Assembly (NCBI GenBank): GCA_045545475.1
Contig: JAZQAZ010000034.1
Location: 41,713 to 105,712 of the forward strand
DNA length: 64,000 bases
Reading direction: 5' to 3'
Origin: Clostridia bacterium
GTDB lineage: Bacteria; Bacillota; Clostridia; CAKSNL01; HGM11501
Part shown: piece after piece, positions 57,697 to 64,000 of the stretch
Position numbering within the stretch: the first letter of the stretch is position 1
Layout of the letters: each line of letters begins with the position of its first letter
Made by a program: the position numbers and the translations under genes
Notes under the pieces: model-generated
Databases searched by the model: none
Seen by the model: only the letters and a program-made list of their open reading frames with translations
Told to the model about the DNA's origin: nothing

Positions 57697-60600
57697 ATGT
57701 ATGAAAAGGTTTCTCCCGATTTAAATTTTAAAGACAGAGAGAAAAAAGTAATTGAATTCTGGAAGGACGAGGACATTTTCAGAAAGAGTATTGAAGCCCG
57801 CAAGGACGGCGAGACATACACTTTCTATGATGGCCCTCCCACAGCAAACGGTAAGCCTCACATTGGTCACGTGCTTACTCGTGTAATAAAGGATATGATT
57901 CCCAGATACCGCACAATGAAGGGCTATAAGGTTCTTCGTAAAGCAGGCTGGGATACTCACGGCCTTCCCGTTGAGCTTGAAGTTGAAAAGAAGCTTGGCA
58001 TTGACGGAAAGGAACAGATCGAATCCTATGGACTTGAGGCATTTATCAAGGAATGTAAGGAAAGCGTTTGGAAATATAAGGGAATGTGGGAGGATTTCTC
58101 CGGCACAGTAGGCTTCTGGGCTGATATGGACGATCCTTATGTAACCTACGACAATAACTTTATTGAGTCCGAATGGTGGGCACTTAAACAGATATGGGAG
58201 AAAAAGCTCTTATACAAGGGCTTTAAGATTGTGCCCTACTGCCCCCGCTGCGGTACTCCCTTATCCAGCCACGAGGTTGCTCAGGGTTATAAGGACGTAA
58301 AGGAAAAGAGTGCTATTGCAAAGTTTAAAGTAAAGGGCGAGGAAAATGCATATTATCTTGCGTGGACCACAACACCCTGGACACTTCCTTCAAACGTTGC
58401 TCTTTGCGTAAACCCCGACGAAAAGTATGTTAAAATCAAGGTTGGCGAAGAAAAATACATTATGGCTGAAGCACTTGTTTCAAGCGTAATTGAAGGCGAA
58501 GCAGAAGTACTTGAAAGCTACATCGGTAAGGAACTTGAATACAGGGAATATGAGCCTTTGTTCGATTTCGTAGCGGATAAGCTTGACAAGAAGGGCTATT
58601 ACATTACCTGCGATAACTACGTTACACTTACAGATGGTACAGGTATTGTTCATATTGCTCCTGCCTTCGGTGAAGACGACGCTAATGTTGGAAGAAAGTA
58701 TGACCTTCCCTTCGTTCAGCTTGTAAATTCCAAGGGTGAAATGACAGAAGAAACTCCCTGGAGCGGAATGTTCTGTAAGGATGCAGACAAGGAAGTATTT
58801 AAAGCTTTAAGCGAAGCAGGTCTTCTTTTTGCCGCACTTCCCTTTGAACACTCCTATCCCTTCTGCTGGAGATGCGATACTCCGCTTATTTACTATGCGC
58901 GCGAATCCTGGTTCATAAAGATGACCGCTGTTCGTGACGACCTTATAAGAAACAACGAAACCATCAACTGGATTCCCAAGACAATAGGTGAGGGAAGATT
59001 CGGAGACTGGCTTAAGAATGTTCAGGACTGGGGCGTAAGCCGTGACAGATACTGGGGTACTCCTCTTAACATCTGGGAATGCTCCTGCGGTCACCGTCAT
59101 GCAATAGGCTCCATTGCAGAATTAAAGGAAATGAGTGATAACTGCCCCGAAAATATCGAGCTTCATCGTCCCTTCGTTGATGCTGTTACAATAAAGTGTC
59201 CAGAGTGTGGCGGCGAAATGAAGCGAGTTAAGGAAGTTATCGACTGCTGGTTTGACTCCGGAGCAATGCCCTTTGCACAGTGGCACTACCCATTTGGAAA
59301 CGCAGATATTTTCGAAGACAATTGCCCTGCAAACTTTATAAGTGAAGCTGTTGACCAGACAAGAGGATGGTTCTATCCACTTCTTGCAATTTCAACACTT
59401 CTCTTTAACAAGGCACCCTATAAGAACGTAATCGTTCTTGGTCACGTTCAGGACGAAAACGGCCAGAAGATGAGTAAGTCCAAGGGCAATGCGGTTGATC
59501 CCTTTGAAACACTTGAAAAGCACGGTGCAGACGCTGTTCGCTGGTACTTCTATTCTAACTCTGCTCCCTGGCTTCCCAACCGCTACCACGATGCGGCAGT
59601 AACAGAAGGTCAGAGAAAGTTTATGGGAACACTCTGGAACACCTACGCTTTCTACGTGCTTTATGCGGAAATCGACCAGTTCGATCCCACAAAGTACACC
59701 CTTAATAAGGAAACATTGTCCGTTATGGACAAGTGGCTCTTATCAAAGCTTAATACTTTGGTTAAGACAGTGGATAATTATCTTGCCGAATACAGAATTA
59801 CAGAGCCTTCAAAGGCACTTTCCGACTTTGTTGACGAGCTTTCCAACTGGTATGTCCGCCGCAGCCGTGAACGTTTCTGGGTTAAGGAAATGACCGAGGA
59901 CAAGATAAATGCTTATATGACTCTTTACACAGCACTTGTTACTGTGGCAAAGCTTGCAGCTCCCATGGTTCCCTTCATGACAGAGGACATTTACAGAAAT
60001 CTTGTTTGCTCTGTGGATAAGGATGCACCCATCAGTATTCACCTTTGCGATTATCCCGTGTGCGATGAGTCATTTGTTGATGAAAAGCTTGAAAAGGAAA
60101 TGGAAGAGGTATTATCCATCGTTGTTCTCGGCAGAAGCGTAAGAAACAGCGCTAACATAAAGACAAAGCAGCCTCTTTCAAGAATGATTGTTAAGGCTGA
60201 AGCAGAGCTTCCCGAATTCTGCACAGATATCATCACAGAGGAAATCAACGTAAAGGCTGTTGAATTCACTAACGATTTAGGCAATTTAGTAAGCTATAAC
60301 GTTAAGCCTAAGTTTGATTCTCTCCGTGCTAAGTTCCCGAATGAAATGGGTATGCTTATCGGAATTATCAATAAGGCAGACGCAGGTGAAGTGGTTTCTG
60401 CAATCGAATCTGACGGTCACTATAAGGTTACACTTCCCACAGGCGTTTCAGTTCTTCTTGAAAGAGATGATTTAATCATCGAAACAAAGAAGACAGAAGG
60501 CTTTGAAGCCGCAAGCGACTACGGAATTACCGTTGCACTTGATACTTCCCTTACTCCCGAGCTTATCGAAGAGGGAAGCGTAAGAGAAATCATCTCCAAC

Positions 60601-60819
60601 ATTCAGAAGATGAGAAAGAACGCAGGCTTTGAGGTTATGGACCGCATTTTCGTATACCAGAGCGGTAACGATTCTATAGCCGATGTTATGAAGAAAAACG
60701 AAGCTGAAATTGCAGACGTATGTCTGGTTGATTCTTTCTTCTATGGAGAAAATACCGAAATTGAATTCGAAATCAAGGTAAACGGCGAAAAGACAATAAT
60801 CGGTGTTAAGAAAAACTAA
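57697..60819 (+). CDS. ileS: Isoleucine--tRNA ligase (IleRS2 type)
   Basis: DGPPTANGKPHIGH, GWDTHGLPVE, WTTTPWTLPSN, KMSKS; AGGAGG RBS before ATG 57697. Confidence 0.97.
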   Translation: MYEKVSPDLNFKDREKKVIEFWKDEDIFRKSIEARKDGETYTFYDGPPTANGKPHIGHVLTRVIKDMIPRYRTMKGYKVLRKAGWDTHGLPVELEVEKKLGIDGKEQIESYGLEAFIKECKESVWKYKGMWEDFSGTVGFWADMDDPYVTYDNNFIESEWWALKQIWEKKLLYKGFKIVPYCPRCGTPLSSHEVAQGYKDVKEKSAIAKFKVKGEENAYYLAWTTTPWTLPSNVALCVNPDEKYVKIKVGEEKYIMAEALVSSVIEGEAEVLESYIGKELEYREYEPLFDFVADKLDKKGYYITCDNYVTLTDGTGIVHIAPAFGEDDANVGRKYDLPFVQLVNSKGEMTEETPWSGMFCKDADKEVFKALSEAGLLFAALPFEHSYPFCWRCDTPLIYYARESWFIKMTAVRDDLIRNNETINWIPKTIGEGRFGDWLKNVQDWGVSRDRYWGTPLNIWECSCGHRHAIGSIAELKEMSDNCPENIELHRPFVDAVTIKCPECGGEMKRVKEVIDCWFDSGAMPFAQWHYPFGNADIFEDNCPANFISEAVDQTRGWFYPLLAISTLLFNKAPYKNVIVLGHVQDENGQKMSKSKGNAVDPFETLEKHGADAVRWYFYSNSAPWLPNRYHDAAVTEGQRKFMGTLWNTYAFYVLYAEIDQFDPTKYTLNKETLSVMDKWLLSKLNTLVKTVDNYLAEYRITEPSKALSDFVDELSNWYVRRSRERFWVKEMTEDKINAYMTLYTALVTVAKLAAPMVPFMTEDIYRNLVCSVDKDAPISIHLCDYPVCDESFVDEKLEKEMEEVLSIVVLGRSVRNSANIKTKQPLSRMIVKAEAELPEFCTDIITEEINVKAVEFTNDLGNLVSYNVKPKFDSLRAKFPNEMGMLIGIINKADAGEVVSAIESDGHYKVTLPTGVSVLLERDDLIIETKKTEGFEAASDYGITVALDTSLTPELIEEGSVREIISNIQKMRKNAGFEVMDRIFVYQSGNDSIADVMKKNEAEIADVCLVDSFFYGENTEIEFEIKVNGEKTIIGVKKN

Positions 60820-60824
60820 AATGT

Positions 60825-60853
60825 ATTGCCGTGGCGTTGCCACGGCAATTTTT
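60825..60853 (+). terminator. Terminator after ileS
   Basis: attgccgtggc-gtt-gccacggcaat plus T run. Confidence 0.8.
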
Positions 60854-60854
60854 C

Positions 60855-60882
60855 TTGACATATACTCTTGAAATAGTATAAT
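60855..60882 (+). promoter_or_regulatory. Consensus sigma-A promoter with no immediate ORF
   Basis: TTGACA-16 bp-TATAAT. Confidence 0.6.
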
Positions 60883-60889
60883 GAGGGTG

Positions 60890-61038
60890 AAGGCTTCCCC
60901 TTTAGGAGATTTTCGCAAAGCGAAAATTCCGTTGGGCTTGCTGAAATTGCATTCGCAATTTCGGACGCTGATGCCTCGGAGAGGAAGCCTTGGAAATATT
61001 GTCGAATCGCGAAAGCCTTCCCCTTGAGGGGAAGCCTT
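60890..61038. repeat. MITE/REP-like structured element
   Basis: Terminal inverted repeats aaggcttcccct/aggggaagcctt; internal hairpins attttcgc/gcgaaaat and gaaattgc/gcaatttc. Confidence 0.65.
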
Positions 61039-61314
61039 AAAAAATTTTGTCTCTGATATAACATGAGCATAAAAGAGACAAACACTTTTTATAACATTCT
61101 TATAGTAATGTTTGTCTCTTTTTATGTGCAATTTCAATAAAAAATTCGGTTAGAAATATAGAAAATAAACAATAACAGAAGGGGGTTATAAAGGAATTTG
61201 AGATACATATAAGATCGTATATAGTAAGGTTTAAAAAATTAAAGAATATAAATTGTGAGCACATTTTGAGTGAAATCAAGATGTGCTTTTTATTTGCTCA
61301 AAGGAGGCTTTAGA

Positions 61315-61749
61315 ATGAAACAAAAGATAATTAGAAAAGTGTTTAATACGAGGGTAGATGAAATGAACTCTAATTCATCAAATAAAAATTTTAACGAAAA
61401 GGAGAATACAGAAATGAAGAGACTGAATTTATACGAATCAAGACTGTTCGGTAGAATATGCTATGGCTTTGGAAGAGATGAGGAAGGATATGTTTTTGTT
61501 AAGGAAGAGGAAGCCGGTGTGGTGAGAAAAATATTTGAAATGGCAATTAACGGGAATAGTTTACATGAGATTCAGGTGGAATTATTCAATAAAGGAATTA
61601 AATCTCCATCAGGTAAAGACACATGGACAAGAGATGTTATAGACAAGACAATAAACAATCAAAAGTATGTTCCGCATATTATTGAATTTGATAATTATTT
61701 CATGGCACGCGGGGAAAAAGAGCTGCGTTGCAGATATATAAGAAGTTAG
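61315..61749 (+). CDS. Stand-alone serine-recombinase DNA-binding domain protein
   Basis: CYGF, EEAGVVRKIFE, GIKSPSGK..W...I...NQKY; no catalytic domain. Confidence 0.75.
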   Translation: MKQKIIRKVFNTRVDEMNSNSSNKNFNEKENTEMKRLNLYESRLFGRICYGFGRDEEGYVFVKEEEAGVVRKIFEMAINGNSLHEIQVELFNKGIKSPSGKDTWTRDVIDKTINNQKYVPHIIEFDNYFMARGEKELRCRYIRS

Positions 61750-61812
61750 AATAGAGATGAAATTGCCGATTTGTTATATAATTCTATTATCAAAGTGAAA
61801 GGAGAATTAGCA

Positions 61813-62388
61813 ATGAGCAAATCGGCAATTCAAAATCAGCTTCGGTATATTATTGCAAGAGAGCAGTATATGAAGCCATTGTTGAAAAATGAAATTATAA
61901 GTGAGGAGGTGTATAACGAAGTATTAGAAAATCTGTATGATGAATTAGAAGTTTGGAAATATAACAGAATTCAAAATCCGGGTATCGAATTCAGAAAGAA
62001 GAAAAGAGAGATAAAAAGCACTTTGTCAGAGCAGAATCCGGGATATGTTTCCTTAACAGAGTTAGCAAGAAACAAATCACAAAAATCAACCGGTTATACT
62101 ATTCAGATGTGGTTAAGAGATAGTGGCAGTGTTGATTTTCTTACTTTATGGGAGAAGAAACATAATGAAAAGTTTCTTCACGCTTCGGTAGAATTAAAAT
62201 CTTTAACTCCAAAAATATGGATAAATAAAACCAATTCTATCGGCATTGTTTCAAGGCAGGGGAAGAATGGCGGAACTTACGCACATAAGGAAATAGCAAT
62301 GCATTTTATGTGCTGGTTATCTGCTGATGTTAAGCTTAATGTTATAGAGAAATATCTGGAGGTGATTAGTGATGAAGAAAGTAACTGA
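61813..62388 (+). CDS. SHOCT-like plus KilA-N domain protein
   Basis: N-terminal LLKNEIISEEVY helix; YVSLTELA..WLR..FL.LWE..TPK.WI..GKNGGTYAHKEIA.HF..WLS. Confidence 0.8.
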   Translation: MSKSAIQNQLRYIIAREQYMKPLLKNEIISEEVYNEVLENLYDELEVWKYNRIQNPGIEFRKKKREIKSTLSEQNPGYVSLTELARNKSQKSTGYTIQMWLRDSGSVDFLTLWEKKHNEKFLHASVELKSLTPKIWINKTNSIGIVSRQGKNGGTYAHKEIAMHFMCWLSADVKLNVIEKYLEVISDEESN

Positions 62389-63922
62389 GATACCTGCCAC
62401 GATATTTCCAAAGGTTAAAGATACTAAAGCCAAGCTTAATGTTGCAGCATATTGCAGAGTAAGTACAGAAAGTGAAGAACAGGAAAATAGTCTTGAAACT
62501 CAAAAAGAGCATTATAAGAATGAAATCGAAAGAAACCCTAACTGGACCCTTGTAGATGTGTTTGTTGATTTTGGTGTAAGTGGTTTAAATGATACAAAGC
62601 GTACAGAATTTATGAGAATGATTGAAATGTGTGAAAAGGGTAAAATCGACTTGATTCTCACAAAATCAATTTCAAGATTTGCGCGAAATCAATTGGATTG
62701 TTTAACCTACATAAGAAAATTAAAACTCAAGAATATTGGAATCAAATTTGATAAAGAGGGAATTAACACACTTGAACCATCAAGTGAAATTTTCCTCTCT
62801 TGGTTTAGCGCCTTTGCCCAGGCAGAAAGTGAATCGCTTAGTATGAACATAACTAGGGGAAAGAGAATGAGATACAAAGAGGGTAAATTCCCGTTTCCGT
62901 TTTCGCTATATGGATATAAAAGAGGGGAGAATGGACAACCTGAAATCTTCCCTGAAAAAGCAGCGATAGTTCGTAAGATGTTTTATATGTATTTAGAAGG
63001 CAATTCCTTGAATGACATACGAAAATGGCTTGAAGAAAATGAAATAGAATCCCCAATGGGCAAGGATGAATGGACTGTAAATTCTGTAAGTGGAATTCTT
63101 AAAAATGAAAAATATAAAGGAGATGCACTGTTGCAGAAAACATATACGGTTGATTACTTAACTAAAACGGTTGCCAAGAATAAAGGACAAGTCGCTCAGT
63201 ATTATGTCGAGAATAGCCATCAGGGAATTGTATCGAGAGAAGTTTTCGATATGGTTCAGGATGAAATTAAGCGGAGAAGAAACCACACAGGGTATAAAAC
63301 AACTTCGTATTCATCCCAATATGCTTTGACTGGAATTGTATATTGTGGCGAATGTGGTGCGAACTATAGAAGAGTAACTTGGAGCAAGAGAGGAAAGAAG
63401 ACAATTGTTTGGAGATGCGTAGAGAGGCTTGAAAGTGGAATACAAAATTGTAAAGATTCTCCTACAATTTATGAAGATAAATTAAAAGATGCAATACTGT
63501 CCAGTTTATTTCAAATATCACCAGATGTTTCCGATGTCGCTGAAATGTTGAAGAGTGAAATAGGGGCTGTAATTCATAAGAATGACAACCAGAATGAATA
63601 TACGATAAAATCGAATATCAAGAAACTCGAAAAGGAAATCCGTGTATTAAATCAAATCATAAATGAAGCAGATGATAACCAAATATATCTTGATAAAATT
63701 AAGAAGTGCGAGAATGAACTTTCAAGATTAAATTCAATACTTATCGAGTGCACAAAATGTGAAATGAATGACATTGAAAATTTCATAAATGAGAATGGAG
63801 TGAATATGCTTGAATATTTTGAAGCAGTAGTAAGGAACACAGTTGAATCAGTTCTGATAATTTCACAGAATAAAATTAGAATCAAATATGTGGGAGGAAT
63901 TGAAATAGAAAAAGGTTTTTGA
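62369..63922 (+). CDS. Large serine recombinase
   Basis: AAYCRVST, D.GVSG, KSISRFARN, AQAESES, recombinase domain, Zn ribbon CGECG..C..C, coiled coil. Confidence 0.95.
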   Translation: MMKKVTEIPATIFPKVKDTKAKLNVAAYCRVSTESEEQENSLETQKEHYKNEIERNPNWTLVDVFVDFGVSGLNDTKRTEFMRMIEMCEKGKIDLILTKSISRFARNQLDCLTYIRKLKLKNIGIKFDKEGINTLEPSSEIFLSWFSAFAQAESESLSMNITRGKRMRYKEGKFPFPFSLYGYKRGENGQPEIFPEKAAIVRKMFYMYLEGNSLNDIRKWLEENEIESPMGKDEWTVNSVSGILKNEKYKGDALLQKTYTVDYLTKTVAKNKGQVAQYYVENSHQGIVSREVFDMVQDEIKRRRNHTGYKTTSYSSQYALTGIVYCGECGANYRRVTWSKRGKKTIVWRCVERLESGIQNCKDSPTIYEDKLKDAILSSLFQISPDVSDVAEMLKSEIGAVIHKNDNQNEYTIKSNIKKLEKEIRVLNQIINEADDNQIYLDKIKKCENELSRLNSILIECTKCEMNDIENFINENGVNMLEYFEAVVRNTVESVLIISQNKIRIKYVGGIEIEKGF

Positions 63923-64000
63923 ATTTTATGCTATTAGATTTAATATACCAAATAATACCCAAAGTGAGATAATACTCAAACATGAAGTGAAATTTTTTTG

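Larger units (their letters stand above)
61050..64000 (+). mobile_element. Edge of an AT-rich integrative element carrying a serine recombinase module (boundary approximate)
   Basis: Visible AT shift after about 61040; recombinase-domain gene, KilA-N gene and large serine recombinase; inverted repeat at 61068-61126. Confidence 0.6.

Noticed and set aside
57697-60819. ileS as an acquired mupirocin-resistance gene
   Set aside because: T-box control and host-like codon usage indicate the housekeeping IleRS2 common in Clostridia
60472-61137. 221-aa minus-strand ORF
   Set aside because: Antisense to ileS and running through the palindromic element; not protein-like
835-63885. Many short ORFs in the six-frame track overlapping larger genes
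   Set aside because: Antisense or alternate-frame shadows of well-supported genes, with no RBS or recognisable motifs
1-64000. CRISPR array, cas genes, rRNA genes
   Set aside because: No regularly spaced repeat-spacer series, Cas-like ORF or rRNA-like sequence seen

Overview
Chromosomal window from a low-GC, spore-forming Clostridia-type Firmicute. Housekeeping genes include galK, trmN6/rsmI, tRNA-Thr(CGT), glsA, ilvBN, PBP1A, msmX, trmL, murF/ddl, rpmG-secE-nusG-rplKA-rplJL, sdaA, lepB, spoIIGA-sigE and T-box-regulated ileS. They are interspersed with AraC-controlled carbohydrate modules, and an AT-rich serine-recombinase element begins at about 61.05 kb. Main observations: (1) sigG, the forespore sigma factor, is present only as a clean 5' half that stops just after FSTYAVPM, with no 3' half and no adjacent element in the window; this may be a split gene needing programmed DNA rearrangement. 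(2) A 6.3-kb cargo element without a transposase (18-bp TIRs, 8-bp TSD) is inserted in the ilvN terminator. (3) Two single-gene insertions are bounded only by direct duplications of host sequence: 34 bp of an araC 3' end, and 10 bp spanning the sdaA start codon. (4) A glycyl-radical-enzyme operon has a non-canonical GCNW Cys loop. (5) There is an orphan kinase-PqqD-S26 peptidase module, an orphan GAP1-N2-like protein, a YxAVGWY-repeat surface protein and several REP/MITE-like structured repeats. All calls come from reading the sequence and recognising motifs; no database searches were run.
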